Shown one piece after another: positions 11,931 to 24,619 of a stretch of 64,000 bases of DNA. The notes under the pieces were generated by a model, which had not been told where the DNA came from, did not search any database, and worked only from the letters and a program-made list of their open reading frames with translations. Position numbers and translations under genes: made by a program. Numbering within the stretch: position 1 is the first letter of the stretch; each line of letters starts with the position of its first letter. This stretch comes from Raja brachyura (taxonomy: Eukaryota): positions 14,508,001-14,572,000 of the forward strand of contig OY740807.1 of assembly GCA_963514005.1 (NCBI GenBank), given 5' to 3'.

Positions 11931-12574
11931 TTCAATCTTTCAGGAGCGAAGGGGTGAAAATATAGTGGTAGGGGGTTGGGTGGGGGAGGGACGGGGGTGG
12001 GGGGGGGGGGCAGAGGTTGTTTGGTGGCAGGATAAATGGAGGAAACAGTTAACATCAGCTTTGCACAAATCAATCTGTATCTCATTTAGCTGCCTTTCTC
12101 GTGCCTGCCCCTCTAATAATTTGCACCAGTTTCAGATCTTCATCTTCCAGATAGCCAAGTTGATTTCATTTCCAGCGAACAGTCTTTGTTTACAAGTCAG
12201 GAAGTTCGGGCATTACACGATACAACTTTAACACAATTAAAGGGATTAGAGTCTAAATTTAATAACGTAATGTTAAACCCAACACAGAAACCAGTCGTAA
12301 GAGGCTGCGCTCATACAAAAACTATTACAAACAGTGAACTTTAACCTTTGGCAAACCACCAATGGTGCTGTGAAGGTCGCTGTCAGCAGTTCCCAAACCT
12401 GGTCTGTAAATCAGAATCACAAGCATCTGATTTATTTTACTGATGCTTCTGGTGTGATTTGTGAACAACGTTCTCACTTAATGCTGTTTTAATAATAGTT
12501 CTCCCTTCCCCCATCCCCAAAATGTGAACCCTGTCTCCTTGGCCTGCTTCTATTTCTTTTGCTTCTGCTGTTAA

Positions 12575-13252
12575 CAATTCAGTGTAATTTGACCTGGTCC
12601 AACCACATTGATGCTACGGCCAAGAAAGCGCACCAATTCCTCTACTTCCTCAGAAGACTAAGGATATTTGGCACGTCTCTAATGGCTCCTACTGATTTTT
12701 ACAAATGGACTACAGAAAGCATCCTATCCAGATGCATCACAGCTTGGAATAGCAACTGCTCTGTCCAGGACACCAACAAATTGTAGAGTTGTGAATGCAG
12801 ACCAGTCCATCACGCACACCAGCCTACCCCTTCCTTCTCTCCCACATCGACTCTGTCTACACCTTATGCTGCCAAAATAATCAAGGAACACTCTTACCCC
12901 ACTCACTCTCACTTGTTCCCTTTTCTGTCGGGAAAAAAAATACCAAAGCTTGAAAGCCTCTCCCACCAGATTCAAAAACAGCATTTTCTCCAGATTTAGC
13001 AGACCCTTTAGCCGACCTCTAACGTGCTAGGGATGTATTCCTGATCTCAGAATCTACCTCTTGTATGTCCTTGTGCTTTTTGTAACTTGCAGTTTCTTTG
13101 TAGCTGTAATACTACATTGTTCATTCTGTTTATTTTCCCTTTTGTACTACCTGATGTACGAATGTACGGTATGATTTGCCTGCAGATGTTCGCAAAGCAA
13201 AGCTTTTCACTGTATCTCGGTACTTGACAATAATAAAGCAATAACAATAACA
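12575..13252 (+). mobile_element. Rex1/Babar LINE, 5'-truncated
   Basis: NLTWSNHIDATAKKAHQFLYFLRRLR...TESILSRCITAW, then a 3' UTR with AATAAA and a (caataa)n tail. Confidence 0.9.
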
Positions 13253-13329
13253 AGTGAAGATGGCAAGACCACAAAATCAAAATTATCAGATCCCCATCAA
13301 GCAAATGACAATAGATAAATATTTTTGCA

Positions 13330-13620
13330 TCCCCCCAGTTCTGGCCTCACCTGCTTTCCCGTTAATTATCAGCCCATAAATATGGCTATGCCTTCATCTA
13401 CCTGAACAAGCAGCTCCACACTTACCTCCCGAGAGCTTCTCTGCCTCTCTATCCCTCACTCCTCTCCATTTAAAGCATCCTGAGAATTAACTTCTTTGAT
13501 TAAACCTGCCTTCATATTTTCTTGCAAGCCTCTGTGCCAACATTTCCGTCTATAGAGTTCTTGGAAAGCATCTTGGAGTAGCTTACTAAAGACACTATAT
13601 ATTTCTGGTTACTAATGTTG
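13330..13620 (+). mobile_element. Old L2-like LINE 3' end
   Basis: Resembles the remnants at 24620-24990 and 58130-58435. Family assigned from recalled L2 tails. Confidence 0.5.
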
Positions 13621-14325
13621 TAAAGCTCTGTTGGAGTCATTGCAATTAAGTTAAAAACAAACTTGTCTCATCAGTGTGGCCTCTGGAAAAGTGGCAAGAA
13701 AAAAATTATGAGTTGCAAATACTTTGAGTCTTAATTATTACAAGAAGAAAAAATGGAAATATCCGGCACTCTATAAAAGAGCAAAGACATATTAACATTT
13801 TGGATGTGTGCTCCTTTGTAGTGACAGACTCGCTGTGCCTTTCCAAGAGTCTATGTTTTCATTTCAAGCCTTCACAATCTGGGATACCCACAGAGACATT
13901 GCATCTTTCCAAGTGCAATAACTTACCATATGGAGCTAGCTGAAGCCTTAGTGATTCATGGTATAATTGCAATGCAGATCAGTGGCCCAGAAAGTCTGGC
14001 AACCCACTGGTATCACAATGCTGGCATCGCACTCATCAATACGTTGTAAAACGGGACACCACTGGAGTTTGTCAGCCAATGCATGTCCAAATTTTATTGA
14101 GGAGCCATTAGATCCATGGCTGCTGGTGATGTCTCTGGCACTTTCTGCAATGTCATGTATATTGCATTCCATGACTTGAAATTTCTCCCCAGTAGACAGC
14201 TCTAAATGCCTGGCAGTGAAACTTACTCTCCTTCAAAGATCTGGTTCAATTGACGGAATGGGTTCCGTGCAAAGCTACTGGTGAATGAATTCATGTTCAG
14301 CAAGCATGATCATGGACTCGTTTCA

Positions 14326-14640
14326 TGACACAAAAGACTGCAGATGGTGAGTCTGAAGCACAAAAAAAGCAAACTGCTAGAGGAACTCAGTGGGTCAGGT
14401 ATCATCCATGGAGGCAGAGGGATAGTCGAGTTTTCGGGTCAAGACCTTGCATCGGGACTGAGTGTGTGAAGGGAAGTTGCTAAATAGAGGTGAGAGGGAG
14501 GGATGAGAATGGGGCTTGCAGGCAGCAGGTGAGGACAGGGGTGATGAGCAGATAAAACCATGTGGGGGAGAGGGAGTGGTGGAGTTGAGAGACAATTGCT
14601 GATGGGTGATAGGAGGAAACACAAGAAGCTGTAGATGCTA
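14326..14640 (-). mobile_element. Penelope-derived repeat with a decayed hammerhead motif
   Basis: The minus strand reads agtc-CCGATGC-aaggtcttgaccc-GAAA-ac-TC-gact: stem I agtc/gact is intact but the core is mutated. Direct terminal similarity acacaaaagactgcagatg / acacaagaagctgtagatg. Confidence 0.75.
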
Positions 14641-15049
14641 AAAGGTCTAACTTTACTTAAATGTCCAATAACAGCTGCATTAGCACAGAAATTGTAGGTC
14701 CTTACAACAGGACAGCAGGTGGAACAATCTTTTAACCATATTAATAAATGAAAAGAAAAGATTGTCCAACCTGCTGTCTTTTTGTTATCAGATACAGTCT
14801 GAATGACTATACAATGTCTGCGTTCAATAAAGCTCCCTGATTAATGGGTAGGGTTGTTGGTAAAAGAAGAAGAGGTAGAAAGATAATGAATATGCAGGGA
14901 ATGGAGGTACAAAAATCATGTGCAGGCAGATGGGATCAGTTTAATTTGGCAGCATGCTCAGCACAGACATTGTGGGCCGAAGGGACTGTTCCTATGCTGT
15001 ATTTTTCCATATGTTCTAGATTTGTCTCCAAAAGTCAAGATACCCAATG

Positions 15050-15245
15050 GTGAGACAAGAGACTGCAATGCTAGAATCTGGAGCAAAAATCAAACTGCTG
15101 AAGAAACTCAACCGGTCAGGCAGCATATGTGGAGGCAAAGGAATGGTTGATATTTCGGCTCGAGACCTTGAATCGGGCCTATTAGCCATCCTTCTGCCTC
15201 CACAAATGCTGCCTGACCTACTGCGTTCCTCCAACAGTTTGTTTT
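15050..15245. mobile_element. Penelope-derived repeat, inverted-pair form
   Basis: Arms ggtcaggcagcatatgtggaggca / tgcctccacaaatgctgcctgacc are reverse complements with one mismatch. Confidence 0.8.
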
Positions 15246-16689
15246 AAAAAAATTGCCTCATCAGCAAGGCCCTTTAAGTAGTACCAAGAGGAAGTACCAT
15301 CCTCAGTAAGTCAAAAGTCTTGTATTTGATGAAGTACGTTTGAACTGTAGTGTTGTGATCTGGTAGATTTGCATATCATTCAGGTTTATGCCGAGTCAGA
15401 AATTATTTACAAATGACTCCAGTTCAAACTACATTTTTGAGCAGTGTTTGAACACTGCTTGCAACTGAACTCGTGTGGCAGACTCTGGAGTATTTTATCC
15501 ATTTAACACTGTGCTGCTCCAGTCTGCCTTTCTGTACTCAGGAGGACCCTGTCTCCATACATCACAATTATCTTTATTCTTTATGATCGATTTAGGAGGC
15601 CCCAAGCAGATGAATGATTTGTTTCCACCTCCTGGCCAAAGACTTTACTTCTGAAGCTGAGTGTCATGCAAGTCAAACGGATACTTGTTTATCTCTCTAA
15701 CCGAGTTGCTTCAGTCTGTTTGGTCCGGCTCTCTCATTCGGGCATCTTAACTCAATTAAAAGGAAATGAAGACTGTCTGACCGACATATGAACCAGTATT
15801 CAGCTGAGGGCAGTTCGTTTAAAGCTGGCATTTATCATTTGCAGTAATTGCCAGCAGGTGACTTCCGACTTGAAAATACTCTTAAGCTTCCCAAAATTTA
15901 TGTCATTAAAGGTCCAGTGTGTCAGTTTGTTATGTCACTTGCAAGCGAAGAAATGAACATAAACCAGCCAGAGTGGTGGAATTGAGGAGGCCAGACATTT
16001 TCCTGCTAGTGAGCATTCTGACATCATATTTTTTTAATTTTCTCCTTTTTACCAGCTCCTCCCATAATGTTATTCATGTTTGGCTGAGCTATGACTTTAC
16101 AGAGATTGACCAAAACCTTACTTACCGTATAGCCAATCTTCTTGTGCAAGCCAACAGAGTACAGTATCTGCAGGCTTTTTGACTGTTTGGAATTCTTGCT
16201 ATCGTTAAATTTACAAATCTATTTTCCAGTCAGAAGCACACGGCAGCAATTGTTCCTGCCATCAAAGCTAATTATTTCCTTTTGTCGTACTGAGACTCAG
16301 TGCAGCAGCCCAATGATGTTTGTGTCAACAGTGGCTCTTTATAAGAGCTACTGAATTAGTTCATCTCCTCTGCCCAACACTAAATCTACTCCCACTGTCC
16401 TCTCAGGCAAACATTCTAGATCAAAGCAATTCTTTGGACAGGGAAGGTGTAATTGCCAACACATCCTGAAGTTCCCATGATTCAGTTGTACGTTAAAGAT
16501 TCTATTGGGAGGTTCTGCCGCTCGATTTGCTAGACCCCTGAATTTCTCCACGCGCTGATTTCAATGGGCAGCAGATTCGGCAAGAATAAAATCCAGATGA
16601 CTTTGTGATTTGAAGAGAGGAGCTCTTCTGGTTGACGTTCTTCATTCCTATCTCAATTAGCACTGAGTGAGAAATCAACAGGTCATTTA

Positions 16690-17203
16690 AGGGCCTGTCC
16701 CACTTGGGCGTCATTTGCACGACATTTGCGTGACATCCTAAAAATTGGTTGGCGCGTCGTGACACGTGCATGGCGCGTGGTGGCGTATGCAGTGACGCAT
16801 GGTAACGCGCAGAGACCCAGGATTTTGGAATGCTCAAAATTCTCGCGCGCCACCTGCGTGACGTATCCCTTGCGCACTCTGACGTACTGATGGCGTACGC
16901 TGACGTACTGATGGCGTACGTGTAGCGCGTGGTGACGCACAAACGCAGGTTGCCTAAGCTAATTTATTATGCGGCACTGTGCATCAAAGTCCGTAACCAT
17001 GCGCCGCCCATACACCATCGAAAGTCCTTGCCACGGAGATCGGACTAAGTACAAACGACATCACCAATGGCTCCCGAAAGAAGCAGGGCCATCAAGAGCA
17101 CTTGGCGAGCGACTGTCGTACTGCTAGACGATTTTTGCGCGGCTGTCGCGCATCAGTCACTACTGGCCTGTCGCGCAAATGACGCTCAAGTGGGACAGGC
17201 CCT
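16690..17203. mobile_element. PIF/Harbinger-type MITE (514 bp)
   Basis: TIRs of ~35 bp: AGGGCCTGTCCCACTTGGGCGTCATTTGCACGACA / TGTCGCGCAAATGACGCTCAAGTGGGACAGGCCCT. 3-bp TSD TTA (16687-89, 17204-06). CpG-rich, with an internal 21-bp tandem duplication at 16879-16920. Confidence 0.92.
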
Positions 17204-17451
17204 TTACTGCTTGATGTTGCCTCTGGGATCTTATTGCCAAGTTTAACAAGCTAACACAAGCCACTGCATTTTAAAAAAATCGATTTCAAACGTTACTGCA
17301 AGAGCATGTTAGGATACCACAAATAGGCAAATCTATCTAAAAGCAAAGATTATATAGAAACCAAATTTCCTCATTCTTCATGTCTTTAGATCACTTTTAA
17401 TTTGTTTGCCAGTATTTTTTACAGGTGGTAATAGAGGACACAAATCATTGG

Positions 17452-17548
17452 ACAACACAAAATGCTGGAGTAACTCAGCAGATTAGGTAGCATCTGTGGA
17501 GAACATGGATAGGTGACGTTTTGGGTCGGGACCCTTCTTCAGACTGAT
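17452..17548 (-). mobile_element. Penelope-derived repeat with a near-intact hammerhead motif
   Basis: The minus strand reads cagt-CTGAAGA-agggtcccgaccc-AAAA-cgtc-acc; G12 is changed to A. Confidence 0.85.
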
Positions 17549-17959
17549 CATTTATCCAGCTTGGATAGGGCATCTTAATTGTCATGGGTTGTGCTGAAGG
17601 GCTGTTTCTGTGCTGTGTTGTGACTCCACTATTTCTGGTCTGCAATACTACCTGTTTCTCTTTCCACAGTCACTGCCTAACCTGGCGTGCATTTTCACAA
17701 TTTTCTGTTTTAATTTCATTTATTTCTGTTGATTTACAATTATTTTATTTCTCTTGGTACATGATGAATGAAAAACACTGCGTACAATTGTAGAACTTTT
17801 TTCCTTTGGTTGGCTAACACAACCTTTTCCAAACAGCAAACCTTGGCAATGTGACTTGAGGTAATTCAATAACTTCAAGTGATCAAGGATTGTTGGGAAG
17901 GGGCTGATTAAGTGGTTAACCGGAGGAAATAGCAGAAGTCGGTATTTGGCTCACCTTCG

Positions 17960-18230
17960 ACCTCAGCACCACTTTCTGCACTAACCTGGCATCCTTAATA
18001 TTAAAAAAATATCAATCTGTCTTGAATATACTGTGACTGAGCCTCCACTGTCTTCTTGGGTAAATAATTGCAAAGATTCATCTTCCTCCTGGTGAAGACA
18101 TTTCTTCTCATCTCTGTCATGAATTGCTGACCCTTTTTAGACAGTGACCTCTGAGTTTGGACACTACAGATGGGAGAAATTATCCCACACCTCTCCTGTC
18201 CATTTCCATAATAACTTTATACAAGTAAAA
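17960..18230 (-). mobile_element. Old CR1 3' fragment
   Basis: Similar to 10280-10578 (gcctccactgtcttcttgggtaaataattgcaaagattca...ttcttctcatctctgtc). Confidence 0.65.
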
Positions 18231-18748
18231 TACATGTTCTATGTTTCCAGCAGTATATGACTTGGAAGGTATAAATATTTGTCAGGAATCCCCAGCAATG
18301 TCCCCATGTTTTCGGAGAATCCACAGTTCTATCAAATCTGCAAATGTTTGCAAATAATCATTTTAAAATCACCAAAGGAATTGGATTTCTAGAAGCGTGT
18401 GAATATTGGGCAGGATTCTTCAGAACTGCAACTATATCAGGAATTATGGGGGATCTACAGCTCATGTATGTTTGAATGGGGTTCCAGATAGTGTGTTAAC
18501 AGTTGGCCTGGAATGGCCAGAATTAAGTCAATATTTGCATGCAATGCCCTAAAATTGTATTTACGTTTTGAATTTGACAATAACTAATCCCAGAAGTTGA
18601 TGAGTATTTGCCGTGAATCCCACAGAGTGTGTAACTATTTGCAATACCATCGAGTCTTACAGCATGAAAACAGGCCCTTCGGCCCAACTTACAGAAGCCG
18701 ACCGACAAGCCGCATCTACACTAGTCCCACCTGCCTGTGTTTTGCCTA

Positions 18749-20342
18749 CAGTGGCTTGCAAAAGTTTTCATACCCCTTGAACTTTTCCACATTTTGTCAC
18801 GTTACAACCACAAATGTAAATGTATTTTATTGGGGTTTTATGTGATAGACCAACACAAAGTGGCGCATAATTGTGAAGTGGAAGGAAAATGATACATGAT
18901 TTTCAAATTTTTTTACAAATAAAAAACTGAAACGTGTGGCGTGCAAAAGTATTCAGCCCCCTTTACTCTGATACCCCTAAATAAAATCCAGTGCAACCAA
19001 TTGCCTTCAGAAGTCACCTAATTAGTAAACAGAGTCCACTTGTGTGTAATCTAATCTCAGTATAAACCCAGCTGTTCTGTGACGGCCTCAGAGGTTTGTC
19101 AGAGAACATTAGTGAACAAACAGCATCATGAAGCCCAAGGAACACACCAGACAGGTCAGGGATAAAGTTGTGAAGAAGTTTAAAGCAGGGTTAGGTTATA
19201 AAAAAATATCCCAAGCTTTGAACATCTCACGCACTGTTCAATCCATCATCCGAAAATGGAAAGAGTATGCCACAACTGCAAACCTACCAAGACATGGCCG
19301 TCCTCATAAACTGACAGGCTGGGCAAGGAGGGCATTGATCAGAGAAGCAGCCAAGAGGCCCATGGTAACTCTGGAGGAGCTGCAGAGATCCACAGCTCAG
19401 GTGGGAGAATCTGTCCACAGGACAACTATTAGTCGTGCACTCCACAAATCGGGCCTTTATGGAAGAGTGGCAAGAAGAAAGCCATTGTTGAAACAAAGCC
19501 ATTAGAAATCCCGTTTGCAGTTTGCCACAAGCCATGTGGGGAACACAGCAAACATGTGGAGGAAGGTGCTCTGGTCTGATGGCCTAAATGCAAAACGCTA
19601 TGTGTGGCGGAAAACTAACACTGCACATCACCCTGAACACACCATCCCCACAGTGAAACATGGTGGTGGCAGCATCATGCTGTGGGGATGCTTTTCTTCA
19701 GCAGGGACAGGGAAGCTGGTCAGAGTTGATGGGAAGATGGATGGAGACAAATACAGGGCAATCTTGGAAGAAAACCTGTTAGAGTCTGCAAAAGACTTGA
19801 GACTGGGGCGGAGGTTCACCTTCCAGCAGGAAAACAACCCTAAACATTCAGCCAGAGCCACAATGGAATGGTTTAGATCAAAGCATATTCATGTGTTAGA
19901 ATGGCCCAGTCAAAGTCCAGACCTAAATCCAATTGAGAATCTCTGGCAAGACTTGAAAATTGCTGTTCACAGACGCTCTCCATCCAATCTGACTGAGCTT
20001 GAGCTATTTTGCAAAGAAGAATGGGCACAAATTTCAGTCTCTAGATGTGCAAAGCTGGTAGAGACATACCCCAAAAGACTTGCAACTGTAATTGCAACGA
20101 AAAGTGGTTCTACAAAGTATTGACTTAGGGGGGCAGAATACTTTTTGCACGCCACACTTTTCAGTTTTTTATTTGTAATAAAATTTGGAAACCATGTATA
20201 ATTTTCCTCCCACTTCACAATTATGCACCACTTTGTGTTGGTCTATCACATAAAATCCCAATAAAATACATTTACGTTTGTGGTTGTAACGTGACAAAAT
20301 GTGGAAAAATTCAAGGGGTATGAAATCTTTTGCAAGACACTG
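18749..20342 (+). mobile_element. Full-length Tc1/mariner DNA transposon, Passport-like IR/DR group
   Basis: 1594 bp with TA TSDs (18747-48, 20343-44). TIRs of ~210 bp (18749-~18960, ~20128-20342), each with outer and inner direct repeats (tgcaaaagttttcatacccc / tgcaaaagtattcagcccc). Confidence 0.97.
19128..20123 (+). pseudogene. Tc1 DD34E transposase pseudogene
   Basis: One frame with a single stop (TAG 19503-05). Paired-like HTH N-terminus, GRVARRKP, WSD and SPDLNPIENLW motifs. The second catalytic D is E (QQENNPKH), 34 residues before the final E. About 7 codons are missing after WSD relative to the recalled family consensus WSDETKIELFG. Confidence 0.95.
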
Positions 20343-22299
20343 TATATCTCTCTAAACCGGTCCTATCCATGCATCTGTTTTAATGTTTTTTAAATGTTGT
20401 GATAGTGCCTGCCTCAACTATCTGCTCCAGCAGCATTTTTTCCATACATCCATCATTCCTTGAGTTATCCCTCTGGTTCCTATTAAATCTATACCCCCTC
20501 ACCTTAAACCTATGTCCTCTGGTTCTTGATTCCCTTACATGGACAAAATACTCTGTACGTTTTTCCGATATATTCCTCTCAAGATTTTATACACCTCTAT
20601 GATCACCCCTCATCCTCCTGGGCTCCAAAGAATAACGTCCTAGATTGTTCAACCTCTCCTTATAGCTTTGGCCTTGGAGTCCTAGCAGAATCCTTGTAAA
20701 TCTTCTCTGCACCCTCTCCTTAACAACATCACTTAACAACATCTTTCCTACAATATGGTGACCAAATAGAAGACAATACTCTAAATGTGTCCTCACCAGC
20801 GTCTTATATAACTGCAACATGACCTCCCAACTTCTATATAGTGTATCCCATAGAGTGTGTGACTATTTTCAGTAAATCCCAAGTTGCAAATGGAGCATAC
20901 AGAAAGAATATTGAACTCTCACAAAAAAACGTTGGTCAGAAGGAAGATTCCGTGCTTAAAGGAAGTTTTCCCAACACCCACAAATGAATTTAATAACATT
21001 TTTTTTATCATATGTTACAGCAAATAAAATAGGTTTTAAAAAGAAATTGAAAGTTTTAATGTTAATTAAAGAAAATACCTCAGAGTTAAGGAGTTACTGA
21101 GTTGGAACAGGAATCAAAGTCAAACAGCATCAAAGTCCCGTTGATTGTGCCATATGAGCATAATTGCCCTTCCTGCAGTTGGCAGATTCTCTTTCTCTCT
21201 GTTATTACTTTCTCCCCTGTTTGGTGAATGATTTTGCCTTGTCTCAATGCCAGGCCCCAATGCCGCTTCTGCCATGGTACACTCCTGTCGCGTTATAAGG
21301 AGGTGGAGAGCCGAGAGTTGAAAGTTAATCAACCTTACAAATTAAAGCTAAATAAAGCTGAAGCCCGGCAGAAATTCTGGTGTTCATTAACTCCGTGACT
21401 GTTGCATTAGTGCAAGGGTTATATGGGCTGCAGAAATTTTACTGTGTCAAGTTATGGTTCAAATTGTTCAAACCCTTGAAGGACCATCAAGGGATCATAC
21501 TTTTTCACAGAATCAAGCAAGAGGAAATTGAGCAAAATACCTTGATCTAAAGGAAATTATTGCATTTCATAGAAATATTCATCAACACATATGTAAATGT
21601 GAATTTACAATCTATAATATGCCCAATACTCATGCCTAGAAATGAATTGCTTAGCAACTTGTTTTATGCATGAGATAATTGAATGTCAATGTAAAATAAA
21701 GTATAAATAAACATAAAGATCTTAACTGCATAGATCACAATTCTTTTTGTGGTTTTCCGAGCATTTGACACACCAATGCCAAATAGATGCCAAACATAAA
21801 TAATGGCATCCAGTTAGCAGCAATGCATAGCTGAATGTCACTTTCATAATTTTGAGTCGAGCTTGCATCCATATTACTTATACAGAGTCTGCCTTCCACA
21901 GTTCCTGCTAAACCTGCTTGTGTGCAACTCTGAAGGGCTTCCCTGAGCAGTTCCAAGGCAGGTTCAGGTAGATCTCCTTTTACGTAATTAACATTTCCAT
22001 TCCCTCTCAGATTCATCACTCCCCACCCCTCCCACCATGACAGTGATACCCCAGTCAAGAAGCTTTCAAAATGCACTTCACGTCTCCATCCTCTCTCACT
22101 ACATATTGATCACCTCAATTTCCCAACCTGGCAATCTAGCCATATAATCGAGGACTTTCCATTAATCTCTTTGCCTTATCTTTCATCCTTTCAGATGTTG
22201 AAAATAAGTTTGCCTTTGTGGGCATTCCTTCTATCCAATAGGCATTCTTTCTATCCAGGGATACTGCCTGTCCCGCAGAGTTACTCCAGCATTTTGTGT

Positions 22300-23480
22300 C
22301 TATCTTGCCTTTGTGGGATACAGTTTTGGAATAAGGGAGATATCTATTTAAGATACAAATAATGAAGGTTATGAACCTTCAGAATGTTCCATCTCATAGA
22401 GCTCTAGTGGCCAAGTTATTGAAAATCTTCAAGGCAGTTTAGTCTATAGGGTTCGAGGGGAACAGATAGGAAAGAGGTTGGAGCTGAAGCCAAGATCACT
22501 TCAGCACTGATCTTACAAGTGGACAAGTAGATATGAAGATATGCAACCTTTTTCTGCTCCTACGGATATTAAGTCTTCATGAAAGTTTCTCCTTACAACC
22601 TAGCCCATTGACCAAATCTTTGGTCACCCAGCTCTTTATGGAGCTCAGTCACAAGATGCTCTTGCGTAGTTTCTACTGCACAAAGATGAGTTTCTGTTGC
22701 TGCACCATGAAATGGACATAATCTTTGACCATCTTGGCAGCTATTTTAATGGATCTCCCACCACTGACATGATTTGGAAAGTTGGGGCAGGATGTGCCTG
22801 ACTTTCTGTTCTGACTTGTCAGCTGAAGAGGCTCCACACTGGCATCATAAACTGAAGGAACCGCATCACCTTTTTGAGGTAATGACTTGCATGAGCCCAT
22901 TCTACAACTCATAATTTGCTTTATTTGCTGGGAGCAATTAGACAGGAACACTGCTGAAAGTTACAGGTGCCTGTTAAAATACTGAATAAGTTAAAAGGAG
23001 ACCTCACACACAGAGGCATGGAGTTAAGTTAAAGAAGATATTGGGCAGGGAACGGTAAAACATGTTCCTTTGGCACCAATCAAACAGCACCATTTTCCAT
23101 TGATTTTTTGTGACAGCTTTGGGAGGTGCTTGGGTTCAACTTTGACTTGTTATTTCCTGTCTCTTTATGTTCATTGCAAAATAGACTTGATGTGCTGCAG
23201 ATTCCGAAGATGAAGAACTTCAGTGACAAGGTTAGACTGGAGAAGCAGGGCTTGCTCTCTGTAGAAAGAAGATTGAGAGGAGAGAAAGAAGAGATCATGA
23301 TAATTTGGGAGGATAAATATAGGGAAACTGTTCCTTTTTGTGCACAGACATGGCATTAAAGCTGTTGGCAAAAGATGAGTTGGGAATATGAAGAAAACCT
23401 GTCCATGCAGAGAGTGTGGGCACCGCAGACCAGTGATGGATGTAGCAAGGACAGACAGCTGAGAATATCATAGATGTCAT
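22300..23480 (+). mobile_element. Two old CR1 3' fragments (~22300-22565, ~23150-23480) separated by unique DNA
   Basis: ORF 23126..23359 contains RLEKQGLLSVERRLRG, matching the CR1 motif RL..LGL.SLE.RRLRG. Confidence 0.65.
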
Positions 23481-24199
23481 ATAATAAAAGATGATCGAAA
23501 AACTATTTCTGACATCATCACAAGTCAGAGCTCATGGAGAATAATGATGCAGGAAAAAATTCTTGAACAAAACTCCAATTTTAATGGAGACATTAATAAA
23601 TATAAAATACAGAGTATTATCACTTACAATTATAGAAAGCAACATCTTACAGAATAACACCCAAAGTGCTGACGAAACTCAGCAGGTCAGGCATTATTAA
23701 CACAGCGAATATATAGGAAAGAACAAACTTTCATTTACATAGCATCTATCACACCTTTCCTGGATGTTCAAAAGTAAAGTCACTTTTCGACACGGGAAAG
23801 AAAACAATATGACTGTAGTGATCTCCCATAAACACCAATGTTACAATAACCAATTTAGTTTTGTGATGTGGGCTGAGGGTGTGCAGCCCCAGCCCACCAG
23901 TCAGCCACCCCCCTACGATCCTGCATACAGAATAGAGTCAGATGCCACCAATATTTCTGCGGTTTCCAGTGATCGCATAGACTACTTAGAGAGGGTTGGT
24001 AAAAATCCTTGGCGCATCAACAAAAAAGTTTGCTAAGTGGTTCATGGAATGTGCAACTTATCTTCTCTCAGAAACTCAAAGTCAAATCAGTCTTATGCAT
24101 GTTTCTGTATGATTGAGTATAGCGACATCAACAAAAGTGTGTACTTATACATATATATATTTTGAGGTCATTCAAAACACCAGTAACATTTTCTAAAGA

Positions 24200-24600
24200 A
24201 AGGCACACAATGCTGGAGTATCTCAATGGGTCGGGCAGCATCTTGGCAGAACGTAGATAGGTGACGTTTCGGGTTCAGATCCTTCTTCAGACTGATTGCG
24301 GGCAAAGATTTGATTGCGGGGGGGGGGGGGGGGGGAGGGGAAGAAAGTTGGAAAAGAGGAGGAGCAGGACAGACCATGGCCGTTAATGGGTGAATACATG
24401 CAAGGGTTTTTTCCGATCGGCAAATTATTGGACAAAGGCCAGAGGTAAAAAGACAGATGCAAATCCGAAAAGGATAAAGAGTTGCAAATTGTTAAACTCG
24501 GGGATAGAAACGTTGCGAATTGTATAGCCATTGGATGTAATGCAGGTGCAGGGGGAGATGGATGGGGAGGGGAGAGGGAGGAGAGAGGGAGGAGAGAAAC
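24200..24600 (-). mobile_element. Penelope-derived repeat (3' UTR plus hammerhead)
   Basis: Same terminal block as 28030-28125, with an internal poly-G run at ~24318-24335. Confidence 0.85.
24260..24293 (-). ncRNA. Minimal type-I hammerhead ribozyme motif with intact core
   Basis: The minus strand reads agt-CTGAAGA-aggatctgaaccc-GAAA-cG-TC-acc. Core nucleotides and the GUC triplet are present, but stem II is weakened by substitutions. Confidence 0.6.
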
Positions 24601-24619
24601 TGGTGCAAGGTCAGCCAGG

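Larger units (their letters stand above)
18650..20838 (-). mobile_element. CR1/HER1 LINE 3' fragment interrupted by the Tc1 element
   Basis: Joining the flanks 18650-18748 and 20345-20838 gives sequence collinear with the uninterrupted copy at 58670-59015. ORF 20587..20820 reads LQLYKTLVRTHLEYC...ERVQRRFTR. Confidence 0.9.

Noticed and set aside
19128-20123. Active or two-gene transposase
   Set aside because: The two ORF-track entries are one frame broken by a stop, and the catalytic region is mutated.
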